From: Catajapyx aquilonaris
Taxonomy: Eukaryota
Length of the DNA stretch: 64,000 nt
Direction of reading: 5' to 3'
NCBI GenBank assembly: GCA_000934665.2
Contig: JYFJ02000319.1
Location: forward strand, 62,001-126,000
A model generated the notes under the pieces. It searched no databases. It was not told the origin of the DNA and saw only the letters and a program-made list of their open reading frames with translations. The position numbers and the translations under genes are program-made. This document shows positions 39,601 to 55,446 of the stretch, in pieces (position 1 is the stretch's first letter; each line of letters begins with the position of its first letter).

Positions 39601-41906
39601 TGTACAAGGGTCAGTCGGAAAACAGGTTTCTTGATGACACAGTTTCCATGCCATGTGATGGACCTCGTAAAGAAGGGCATGATCCTTTCAGTACTTTACA
39701 GGGCAAGTAGGTGCCATCTTGCAGTTTGTGTGCAGGCGCAGCAACCGTCGAACGAGACCAACTGCTTAGCAGAATGCTTCCCGCCCGCACACCTCCAGGA
39801 GAACGCATGGCAGACAGGTGTGTTGGTCACATGGACTCAGGCAGAAGTGAGGCCACTTCTGACAGTGGATAATGTCATAGACTTATGTGACGTTCTTTTC
39901 GGTGGTCATCCAGGTCTCTGGTTGTCCTGCATGCTTGCGTGTTCATCACGGAATTGCTGGCATCATTACTTAACCACTTGCTCAAATATGACATCCAGAC
40001 CATACACCTCCACCAGCCAGTGATGAAAGTCAATCTTGCTTGTGCCAAGTGCCCACTTAGTGAACAACTGCCATCACGTCTGCCTTAGTCCATGTGACCA
40101 ACACACGTCTGTCTGCCACAACTTCTGGTGTAATGTGGGTAGGCATGCTCTGCTCAGCACTAGGTCTTGTTCGACGGCTGCTGTGCCTGCACACAAGCTG
40201 CAAGATTACGCCTACTAGTCCTATAAATCAGAAAAGTTATTTTCCAACTGACCCTCATAAATCGAGTGCCTTGTCCCTTTAAGAAGAGCCTCCTGCCAAA
40301 ATTCCAATAACCATTATGAACACATCTGATACAATACCCTTCCCTACAATTTAGCATTTCGAAGACCTTCGTATGGATGTACAAGAATCATAAATGTCTA
40401 CTTACACCTCTGCATCTGCTTGTTGTATTCTGACATATTGTCTGGCCTAATGCTTCTCAGGAAACGTATGTAGTCGTCACTGTGGAACTTGGTCATCTCT
40501 TCAGCCGTTGCCTTGTGAGGTCTCTATAATGTTAACAATAACTTGTGTATATCTGAGAGCCCTTACAAAAAAGCTTCAACTACATCATTGGCATTTCCAG
40601 GGGGGGAAACCCCCTCTGGGTGTAAAAAGTGTTCCAAGTATTTAGACACCCACCTGGACATTGTATACATGACATTTCACCAGGGTTGGGTACAATTGAG
40701 GGCGTTGTTCATCCCCTCCTACTCAAGCACACCATACACTTATGAACTTACGTAAATTTCCATCTTCCTATACAGGCCATAGTTCAGCAGGAGGTTGTGA
40801 GTCATACGTATCCGATGAGGTTTCATCGGGTGACCCTGGCCATAGTAGTAGTTCCCTATGTCACCTGAAATGAAACACAATTATTACCATATTTTCTGCC
40901 ACAAGGAATTGAACACCACTTTCAAAACTTGCTGCACATATTTTTCAAGGCTATAATCATGTCATACACTGACTGCCTTCAGACTAGGCTCTCTGAATTT
41001 ACTTTCGCTAAATATTACTTTGGATCAGGCCCAACCTGATAATGACATCTTGCAATACTTAATCAAGTTGGTGAATGGCAACAGGTAAAATTGCAGTCCC
41101 CATTTATAATATTTACTAGTGGGGGATGCTGCAAAGAAATTTGGCACATGGACATCAAAAACAAATAACAATGTTAATTCCGCACTGTACTATTACAATG
41201 GGTATTTATGAGTACCGGTACCATCTGCATTACTATTCCTCATTTAAAGTTGCAAAAGTGACATACTGCACGCATGTCAGTAAGTTCACTGCAGTTTCAG
41301 TGTCACATAACATAGAAATTCGGGCACGGTTTACTAAAAATTAACCGTAATCCCTTTTCCCTCATGGGCCTCGCTTACACTCGGGCTACCGTAGTCTCCG
41401 TGACATCGGCTAGGCCTAATCCACACTTCGGGCCTAAAACCTTCAAATTACGACTGAAATTGGGTTTCCAGCAATAAAGGGAGGCCAAACATCGCCTCAA
41501 ATCTACATATCGCCCAGTCTAAACGCATATTTTGGTCCAAAAACTCGCCCCAGTGCAGCAGCAACCCCAGAAAGAGTGCTTCAAACTACGGTCCATCGAG
41601 TGGAGCCACTCTAGCGGGACACTACTATATTTTTGTCCCATAAATCCACAAAACACCCAAAATTGCGAATCATATCCGCCTGCCCCACCTTCCTCGGCCA
41701 TACCCCGACCATTCAAGACTACTACCCTGCACCCATCGACCCAACTGTACCCAATCCGTCCCCAAAAAACCCCATCGCGTCGGCTTCCATCACACTCCGG
41801 ACCCCACAATATCCAAAAATCCCCAGGTTATAAGGCCCCGTCAAAAATCTGACTCACTGTCATAGTAGTAGCAGACCCTCTTCTTGCTGTGCGACTGGTT
41901 GGACAT
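33647..41906 (-). CDS. HDAC1: Class I histone deacetylase HDAC1/2 (Rpd3), about 499 aa
   Basis: Minus-strand exons 41858-41906 ([16 protein letters not shown]), 40752-40864 ([15 protein letters not shown]), 40406-40523, 38488-38843 ([33 protein letters not shown]), 37271-37722 ([21 protein letters not shown]), 37141-37199, 36511-36667 (FSDSEDE), 36321-36442, 33647-33720. Total 1500 nt, in frame, catalytic motifs intact. Confidence 0.96.
35414..35609. mobile_element. Hairpin MITE, Tc1/mariner-type (TA-flanked)
   Basis: Arm GGTCACTTTTTGATAACTGATATCACCCGATAGCAGTTATTTT pairs with AAAATAACTGCTATTGGGCAATATCAGTTATCAAAAAGTGACC. TA on both sides. Lies in HDAC1 intron 8. Confidence 0.7.
37884..38130. 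mobile_element. Possible decayed piggyBac-type MITE
   Basis: Left end TTAA|CCCTCTGTGCGCTGGCC; degenerate right end GGCAAGCGCAGAAGATTTAC. Confidence 0.3.
39021..40278. mobile_element. Kolobok-like non-autonomous DNA transposon, interrupted by a mariner element
   Basis: TTAA TSD (39017-39020, 40279-40282) and AGGGACA...TGTCCCT termini. The roughly 50-bp TIR match continues once the 39605-40257 insertion is removed. Confidence 0.7.
39605..40257 (-). mobile_element. Mariner-derived non-autonomous element with long inverted arms, copy A
   Basis: TA-flanked ends CAAGGGTCAGTCGGAAA...TTTCCAACTGACCCTCA. Broken minus-strand transposase N-terminus (..[34 protein letters not shown]). Homologous to 52492-53216. 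Confidence 0.85.
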
Positions 41907-42467
41907 GACCGGACACAGGGCGAATTACGACAAACAACGCTGAATAACCGGCAGCCCAACTCGCGTTGCGTCTCCGCCGAATACGGTTCGAGGGGACTGA
42001 TCAGGTGGGGTTCGAGTGGCGGGCCGCTCGTTCCAAACCAGCGGAACAGAAGGGCGCTGATTGGCCAGCTTTGAAGTGTGCTGGAAATGCGCATGCGTGG
42101 AGACGGAATCACTGCCTGCTGAACATCAAGCTCGACTGGCTTCCGGTTAGCTAAATCCGCCTAGTTTAAATTTAAATTGCGGAATAGTTAATCGCATCCA
42201 GGTTCAAGCTAATTAAACGTAATTAGACTCTTTAGCGGGCATAATAGTGCTACATGCATTTTGAAGGGTGGGAACTACCCTGCGTAAATTTGTGAGTAGT
42301 TTGTTGACAGTCCCCCCGACATATTTCCAACCCTCGTGGCGGCTGTCATTTTCGGAGTTGAGGCAAACACTCTTCCCCTGTCTCTATTTTGGTAGACGAA
42401 AATGCCTGGCTGTGCTTCTGGATGGTAGCAGACGGGACTCGGTTTTTGTGGTGGGCTGGAGGACAGG
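41907..42467. promoter_or_regulatory. Bidirectional promoter between HDAC1 (-) and a plus-strand leader exon (probably Src64B)
   Basis: CpG-rich, with a CCAAT box (GATTGG 42059), NRF1/EWG-like TGCGCATGCG (42088) and ETS-like CTTCCGGT (42140). A plus-strand exon ends at the GTGAGT donor at 42468. Confidence 0.6.
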
Positions 42468-43001
42468 GTGAGTTTGGGGCCGATGGATGGGGGCGAGGTG
42501 TCTTCGAAGGAGAGGGAGGGGGAGGGGGGAAAAAAGTAAGCGTGGATGCGGCGGGGGCGGGATGGAAAAACCCTGAAAGGCAACGCCTTAATTGAGGGAG
42601 GGTTTATCTGCTGAGGGTTATCTTTTCCTCCTGATATTTATGGGGGTTTGGGTCTCAAGACGACTTCTGGGGAGGTTTAATGCAAGGGAATAATGGAGGG
42701 CTTTATTGGAAACTTGGGCAACTGCTGGGTGGTAAGAATATGGTCGTACCAGTGTCATTAACAAGTCATGTGTTTTGCAGGTGACAAGAAATGAGCGACG
42801 TAAGTGTGAACTTTTGATCATCTGGATTTTACTGCATGTGGTGTGTGTACAACAGTACAAGGTTGATCAGGTGGTGTTCATTGGTTTTCTAAGAGCCAGA
42901 CGGGGGCCAGGTGTGTCAATGCTAAATGTAGAAGTTTAACTGATTATGCATTGGGGTTCACAATGTGTAATCAGCTATTTTATTCTGAATTTGAATTGAT
43001 A

Positions 43002-43176
43002 CAACTGGCCCTTAAAAAATCACTGCAATATGAATTAATTTTTTGATCAAGTAAGATTAAAATTAAAGAGTGGTGTAAAATCAATATTTCTTCATTTGGA
43101 ATTGTATGACACATGATTGAATAACAAGCAAAATTTTCTTTTAAGCAAGACGTTGCAGTGACTTTTGAGCCAGTTA
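43002..43176. mobile_element. Degenerate Tc1-like MITE
   Basis: Inverted arms AACTGGCC..AAAATCACTGCAA and TTGCAGTGACTTTTGAGCCAGTT, with TA on the left flank. Confidence 0.5.
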
Positions 43177-43347
43177 TTTATTCATCATTTCTTCTGTAGT
43201 GGTGTGGCATGTATTTTGCATGTGTGACCATGTGGTCACATTATTTTCCTGCTGTATCCAGTGGTAAATAAATGATTTTCTGTGAATTTATTATTTCATT
43301 CCTTGTCTTGTTCTTTTATATTGTATTTAGTAGAGCTTATGTTTATA

Positions 43348-43531
43348 CAGTCGACTCCGAATATAAGAGACATCAAGGGACTGCAGAAATCAGTATGCTA
43401 AATTTGAGGTTTCCTACATCCAAATACACAGGCCATACACGGAAGTATGGCAAACCAAACTTTCCAGTTGGCTATAACTGATGGTTGCTTATAGTTGAGA
43501 CCATTGAGACTCTTAGATCTGGAGTTGACTG
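43348..43531. mobile_element. Tc1/mariner/pogo-type MITE
   Basis: TA|CAGTCGACTCCGAATATAAGAGAC versus GACTCTTAGATCTGGAGTTGACTG|CA, a 19/24 inverted match. Confidence 0.6.
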
Positions 43532-46500
43532 CACATGGACATCCATGAGAAAACATCTCTAAATCACTGCATGTTAACACCTTTCCAACCTGTAATCCTT
43601 TGAATGTTGTACAGTACTGGCATTATATTACTTTACATTGTATATGAGTACTCTCCTGCATCTCAGAAGAGTACATGATGGCCCATCCGTCAAACATATT
43701 CAACTTGAAATTATTAAAATGCGTCAAAGGATGGGTAGTAATGTATGAGTAACGAAACAGTTCATGGACGATGCATATCTGTTGGTACAGATAATTTATG
43801 CAAGCAAAAATATTACATATGAAAACGTGAAAAAATGCCTTCATGAAGAGGTAATTACTATGTACACATAATTAAAATATAATTTCTTGCTGAAAAAATG
43901 TTAACTGTACACGCACTCAATCTCAGGATGTGCTGAAATGCAACGTCTAAACCCTGAATGGAAACCCGTCAATTTTGACATCAAGATGAGCCAGTTTTTC
44001 CCAAATGGACAGCGCTTAGGGAGTTGATACACCACCCACAAAAAAGATCTAGTTGCACCCCCACCTTGTGGTCAAGGTTAATTTCAGGGGTGCATGTTTA
44101 AGCATTGGTGCTGTTGACCTGTAGGTGCTGATGTTCTGTCAAGGGAGGGAGGTACTTTTTTTTTTACATAAGTGCAAGTAGTGGNGGGGGGGGGGGGGCA
44201 ACATGCCTTATAAGGCCAAGGAAGACCCTTTTGAAGGTTGCCTTTGGGATCCATCGCACCACGTCCTTGCTATATCTTTACATGAGGTGATGGGGGGAGA
44301 TGGCCAAAATGAGGGAGTGAGGAGGTGGGAAAGCTGAGAGGGCAGATACTTCTTGCATGAAGAAGCCAATGGCCCCTCCAAATGAACAACACTGGACCCT
44401 CTCACCCCCTCAAGGATATTTTTTTTCTTCTTCTACTACTACTAAAGCTCATGGACAGCAGCCGGTTGATCCCTTCAATTTGTACATGTAACAACCACTT
44501 AATGTCTCAGTTCATTTTGGAAGTTAGCACTACCAAAAGTTTGGGAATACTTATGACTTTTGGGACATACGTGTTAAATCCCACTCACATCTCGTAATTC
44601 ACCCTTTAAAAAAATCCCAGGAGACCCCCGATAAAACCACGGGGGGAACTCCCTGCGATAAGGACAAAGGTGAAGTAACGGAAGTTCCGCTCGCAAAGTT
44701 GACATTATCCAGTTACGAATCCACCTGAGATAAACTCCCAACTCCATAGTCCACCTGAGGGGAATGGTACGTGCGGGAGGGGGTGGCCATGGAAAGAGGA
44801 GGAGGGGGAAAAAAATTAAGGAAAAAAAAAAAGAGCTACCGGATAGGAGGCATAGAGAGACTCTTGGTTCGAAGCCCGCCTCAGTCGGCTTTGAGCCTCT
44901 GTGGAAGCAACACACATCGGTGCAAGCTCCTGTGATTGTGTGTGTTTGCAACAAACTAAAGTTGTCTAGACTAGTGGGAGACCACCGGATTTTTTCACAT
45001 TTTTTAAATAAAAAAACGTAAGTACCGGTTTCGGCTTAGCAAATGGTTCACCTGGGAGTTTGAAAGTGGGTGCCGGCTCTCAAGGTTTTTTTTTGATAAT
45101 GGCTGTTTGCTTTTCCGTGTGGAAAATAACATGACATGGGCTTAAGGACCACTGAGGCGATGACACTGATACGTGAGGTACAGGGAGAATCACAATACTG
45201 GTGAATCGGTGACAGCCAAGTTGGGCTTTAAAAAAATATTTAAATGATGGCAGACCTGATCAAAAGCTACACATACTTAATTATTTTCTGTACATATTTC
45301 AAAATGAAGGCACATCGTACACATTTATTGCTAATTAATAATCTGAAGCAATAAACTTAGGCTATTATTTACTTCATTTATACGCACATTTAGCGTCCAA
45401 AACCCGGTTACCTGGATTTGGTGGAAGGTTTTTAACCACCTATTTCAACATTTACCGTTGGGAGTTGGTCGTGGTTGGCTATTTACTCAGGGTGTTTAAC
45501 CTTTATATTTTTCCGGATATTGTCATAAAACAGTCGTTTAGTTTACACCCAGGACATTGTATATGCAAAACAGTCCTACTTAAGTGTAGGTCATTAAACA
45601 AGTAGTCCCTGAGAGACGGTCATTAACAGCGGCTAATTAATGACCTGAAAATATAAGGCATGTCACACGATATGCTGCCCTTATGACGCTCTAATTGCAC
45701 ATGAGCGTATAAATAGTGGTGGCAGGGGAGTTCTGTCATATGAAATCCCCATGGTAAAAAAACAAAAAATGGAAAAAAAAGGAAGAGCACGACAGAATTC
45801 GGGTGAATCACGTTTCCCCTCCGACACGAAAAATGTTTATGTAATGGGTGTAGCAACCTGAATCCGAGCTAGTTTCAGTTACGTCAGATATTCTATCCGG
45901 AAGCTATTGTCTGCTTTTAAATCCGGGGATCCGACCCCCTTTTTCCGGGCAAATGTGCAGCTGTATCCGGCCTTAGAGAGAAAACCCCAATAATTCTGAC
46001 TATATAACATTTCCTATTTCGCGTAGGGAGAGGGAAAAAAATAGATGATTTTAATTAGGATGGTGCAACATTGATTGATGATTTGGAGATGTTTCGGGAG
46101 GATTGTGTGCAGGTCACTTAATTTCTTTGTTTCTCACAACAGCGGATTGAGATAAGATAGTCAATTGACGTCAATTGATCCCGCCTAGTTTTATCGGGAT
46201 GACGTCTGATTATTACAAGTGTTATCCACTGTAAAGACTTGCTTTAGTCACGGGCCATTCGATTTCATTCGGCATTTTACAGGAACAATGTTACAGCAAA
46301 ATTCATAGAACAGTGCAGGTTCAGCAGCCTGTCTTTTAATGACATGACCTTTATTCATACAATCATCCTCGTGAAAGCCATAAATGCATATTCATAAGTG
46401 TAATATGATGTGAATCCCACACTACATGCTCGATATTGCAAAGTTTCCCACTATAATCACCGAATGTGATTTTGAGCCTGTAAAATATCTACAACCCTAT

Positions 46501-47767
46501 GCACACTTTTTAAGAACCTAATTCGTGCACTCAATTATATCTTACTTCGCTTTAAAGTGATACACGGTCGACGAAATAATCCTTTTAAGCGCCATAAAGC
46601 TCAGCGTTATGACTATTTATGCCCAATAAAAGAGCGAGATGCTAAGCACCTCGCTTGGAATGAAAAAAAAAATGGGTATATGGAGCCCTCCGAAATCGGC
46701 CTTGATTTTCTGCTCACCCTGTTGCATTGCATTGTTCTTTAGCTGATGGTCAACAAGTGCTCTGACCATGCACGTGCTCGTGTAGGAACAAAGGCCTGTT
46801 ATAAAGAGTTCGGAGAAAAGAAGCAGGTGGCAGATAGGGCCTAAATAACACGCTTTCCTAGAATCGTCACTACATACTTGACTGATTTCACCTGGCTTTT
46901 TTTTTGCATAATTATGTTTACAGATTTGATGGGGTTATATAAAGCAAATTGTCAGTTCTGTGTGCTTTTTCTGTGAGGATTAAGGCGCGGCTTATTGGCT
47001 CTGAAGATTGGCGATAATAGAAGAGATAAGATTGCAGGGTGGACCCATCTTTGAACATGGCAACGGGGCCGCCAGCGCCATTTGCGATGGGTGTAACATG
47101 TCACATGAAGAGCGGGGTATTTTGACGAGGAAATTTCTGCATGTTGCGGATTGATTACGAGTTCCTGTCCGGTTTCCTCTCGCGTCATTATTTCCCCGCC
47201 GATCGCGGTTTGGCCTCGCAGTTTTTTTTCCGCGACTCTAAATGTCATGAGGAATGCATCTTACCCGGATTATTTGCAGAGAATGGAGCAGGTTTTGAAA
47301 TTATTGGTATCATTTGTCTTTGCGACATAGGTAGTAAAAATATGAACTGTAAGGGAATTGTGAATTATGTGTAAGCGACACAACTCCTTGATTCCACATA
47401 ATTATGAGCTGAGTAAACGTAAGACATTACGCGTATCTTGTTTACACGGGGAAAAAAGATAGCGGATATCCTACTACACACAAGCGTAACAGTGAAGCAT
47501 TTTCAGATTAACTAGTTTGGCCCCAATATTTAGACGTAATGTGTCACGGAAACTAGATATTCTGCGCAAACTGCTGCTGAACGTCAATAAACATGATACT
47601 GAAACAACAAATAGGAAATTCCATAATGATAGTGAACCTTTGCAGGAAAATACCCTCCAATTGACATGATACCTAGCATTACGTAATATTTTTACTGCGC
47701 AGCGCCTATTATAATAATTAAACACTAGGTCCTTGCACCTGTCTTTCGATAGATAGAATCTTGTCGG

Positions 47768-47768
<1 letters not shown>

Positions 47769-47811
<43 letters not shown>

Positions 47812-47814
47812 TTT
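47769..47814. repeat. (ATTT)n microsatellite
   Basis: Read directly, about 11 units. Confidence 0.95.
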
Positions 47815-50800
47815 TTTGGGGGGATGTAAGTACTATAGGACTTTAAAAATCAACATGAACAAATTCGCCATTAATGTTCAAGGAATTCATACACCCTGCA
47901 AATAAATCCAAAAGCTGATGCTATGCCACATATGTGATAGTCAGAAGATAGTCGAACATTTTTTGTCGCGGTCTTGGATAAAAACCTCCCATTATTATTC
48001 CAAAAGGATTTACCGTGGTGGTAAGCGATAAGTGCACAGAACTTGTGCATTTTTATCTGCGACGTTGGTTGGTAGGGTGTAGTTTTGAACTTCAAGAGGA
48101 GGAAGTTCGTCCCTTTTCCTGTGGCTTTCTTTTCCGTTTGGACCATTTTGTTTTCCTGTACATTTGACGAAGCTTTGGCCGTGGAGAGATTTCCTCGAGC
48201 TGGATATTTTCTGCTCGGCGGATCGTGAAAGATTCACTCGACATCTGGGCTGAGTCAAAGGATGTCCACTCTGTGTCCAGGCAGCCTGAAAATTTCGCGG
48301 AACTCAATTTTGAACCCCTTTTTTTTCATTAATCCTCCAGAATCCGATTTATGAAAATGAGGAATAAAATATGCAAATATATGTGTTAAAATGCTAAAGT
48401 TAGATTGCCCTTCATAAATAATCCGGATTTGGAACGCTCGAGTGCTAATGGGCTGTGGGAGGGGTGATCAGAGGGTGTGTCAGGTGCAAGTACATTCTGA
48501 GACCTCCTCTGGTGTTAATACCACCCAGGATGAAATCAAAGATCTCAAACTTCCCAACAAAATAAAATTGGTGAAACCTGAGTTTGGGATCGAACGTTAC
48601 TATGACGTCAATTATAGGCCTGCCAAGGGGGTGCGTCATCTGATATAGAGAACTGTCAATATCCCATTTTGAACCCCGTCCGTCGGCTCTTTCGACCCCC
48701 GATGATCCACAGACACGCACAATTCCGCATTGTTTTTGATCAAGATGAAGCAGGAACTAGGGTGTAATTGGATTGAAAGCGACGGAAATTCGTGGAGAAT
48801 TTGATAGGTTTGCAGGGAAAGAAATGTCCTTCCTTTTTTCCTTCTGGAAATCTCCAGTCGGTGTAAAAAATTTTGTTTAAATAAAAACCTAGCACAATTT
48901 ACCGCCTGTACACTGTAAGCACGCTGTTTGTGTTTGCGTGACATCTTTACCGTCGCTGTATAATATTGTTAGTGCAAAATTGCACCGTGTGAATGAGGGA
49001 GAAACCAAAGAACGCGCTGGAATTTTGCAGCATTTTTACTGCATCGCTGTTATTACATATAGGAAATTCCCTTCGGAAATCCCCATTGGAACCGCCGTAC
49101 AGTACTGTGCCAGCCAGCGAATATAATGGCTTATGAAGTGAAGGCTTCAAAGGTATACACCCTGCTTACATAATCATGCTCTTTGTGCCGGAAAAATTAA
49201 TACTACTACTATAGTATAAATCCAAGACAAAGCAGCCGCGAAATGTGGCGGTGGACGGGAAATGCTGTTTCTTGAAAATGTATATATTTCTTTTTTTGCC
49301 ATTTTTGGAAGAATGACTACCTATATAAAGGAATGCAAAAAATTGTGGTGATAATAAGATGGTGTTGTGGTTGACCACCCAGTTGAGCAAGAGCTGGATG
49401 ACCAATGTGCTGGCATTTTAAAAACATCCAATAGATATCTTGTTTTTGTCGCCTTCATGCTGACTCACATCACGTGAAGAAAATCGCCGTGGTTTAATTC
49501 TCATTCCTAAGAGTGATACTTTGTCCTCGCGAGTCTAGACCGTAATAAGTGACTGACCCAAACGACATATCGCAAAGAATTAATCGGTCCTGCCCTATTC
49601 GGAGCTGCTACTCATCTAGTTTCTTAAATTACCTTCATGTATTTTTAATGCCAAGATTAACTCCGCCGTGAGGTGATAAAACACATGACTGTTCAGAAGG
49701 AATTTACCGCAGACTCCGTCAGACGCGTCGTAATGTCAGGGGCTTCGCATTAATCATTCTATAAGTGGAAGAACCCCGATGACAAATTATCATGGGCTCT
49801 GATAGGGGAGGGAAGATAGGTGCAATCGTAGATGTGATTGTAATAACAAGTAAAATATTCCCGAGTGTAGTTATGAATTTATCGAATTGTCTTTAAGAGA
49901 AACTGAGAAAATGTTTGATGTCGTATAATAATTAATGGGAATTTACATATATGGCGGGGGTTGTGATTATTTGCCATAAATATACTAGTGTCCGCAGTAA
50001 TTGCAAATAAAAATAAGTTTTCGTGACTGCGACTCAGCTGAAAACGTTTCTCGTGAGTAAAACTCCAGCAATTTCCTCCCTTCGAGGACAATTCAAGCCA
50101 ACTTGTTCCGAAGCAGGAATTCTTTAGGGAACTCCTCGTCACATCACCGCAAAAGAAAATTAACCCGCCCCCGAAGTTTCCGCCTTTTTTCCAATTTTTT
50201 TTATTTTTAATTCCGATTCTAAGCGGCCCCCGGAACTGCGAGAATGCTAATGACAAAAACGCAGCCTTCTTCTTTTTTTCTTGCCTTTTTTTCTCTCCCT
50301 TCCTGGAAGAGTTTTAAGGTTAAATTGAAGTTTCCTGTGCATCACCACAGGAATATTTTACTTCCTCTCCAGCACTTTTCTTTTCTGAATTCTCTCTGGC
50401 TCTATTGTAGATCCTGTTGACGATCGATTGATTGCTGATTGGCTACGAAAGAAATTAACTGATATTGTAAATACATTTTGGTCCTCATAGTTGTAAACTT
50501 AGGTCATAATATTTGTTACAACCAAACCACTTTAGTGGACATTAGCAAAAGCCCTCGAGCCTCACAAAAGGAATGCCACCCTTCATGCCATATTGTACAA
50601 GTCAACAAACAGGTAGACCAGTACATCATGGTGCTAAGTATGTTAGGAGGTTTTGTGGTCAAGAAGAATGAGGAAGTTGGCATGAAATCACTCACGTCTT
50701 CACCTGAAAATGAGGGTGAAGAGGCTGCTAACGAGTCAAATCTGAAAGCCATCACGTGCAATTAATAGGAGTTATGACATTATTACCTCATGGGCCTGCG

Positions 50801-51283
50801 TAACAGCACCAGTAGACCATGCCTGGTTAAATAGGAAATCCCTTTTTCCCACCTCTACTATTTATATTCTGATGGGGTGTCCTTGGCGGTCACACCTCCA
50901 ATTCAGGAGTGCTTCCTGGAAGGTGCCTACTGTGCAGACTACACTTTACAGATTGTGACAATAAAAGATAATTAGGTCCAATTTGTAGAAACTGCTGTAG
51001 AATTTTGTAGTGGCAAAGATCTATTCATTCCTAAGCAAAAGCTGCAGCATAGTTTCAGAGATGTACACTGTACACACCATTATTAAGTAGTGTAAATAAG
51101 AATGTTTTGTGTTTGGATGGGCTAATCTCAAAATGTATTTCTCTCTTTTCAGGTCTTTTTGTGAGTTGAAAACATGGTGATCAAGTATTGAAGATGAGGC
51201 TACCACTGCAGTGATGGTCTAGCTATCTCCTATTTTCTACAGTGATTGAGAAAAGAGCAGACTGTGATTTTATACAATACAAG

Positions 51284-55446
<4,163 letters not shown>

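Noticed and set aside
44185..44198. Ambiguous base N in a poly-G run
   Set aside because: This is a sequencing or assembly uncertainty, not a feature.
48448..48648. ORF beginning MGCG as an alternative myristoylated Src N-terminus
   Set aside because: It lies in repeat-like DNA with no convincing phase-compatible donor. MGTCCS at 51284 fits Src64B and splices in frame.
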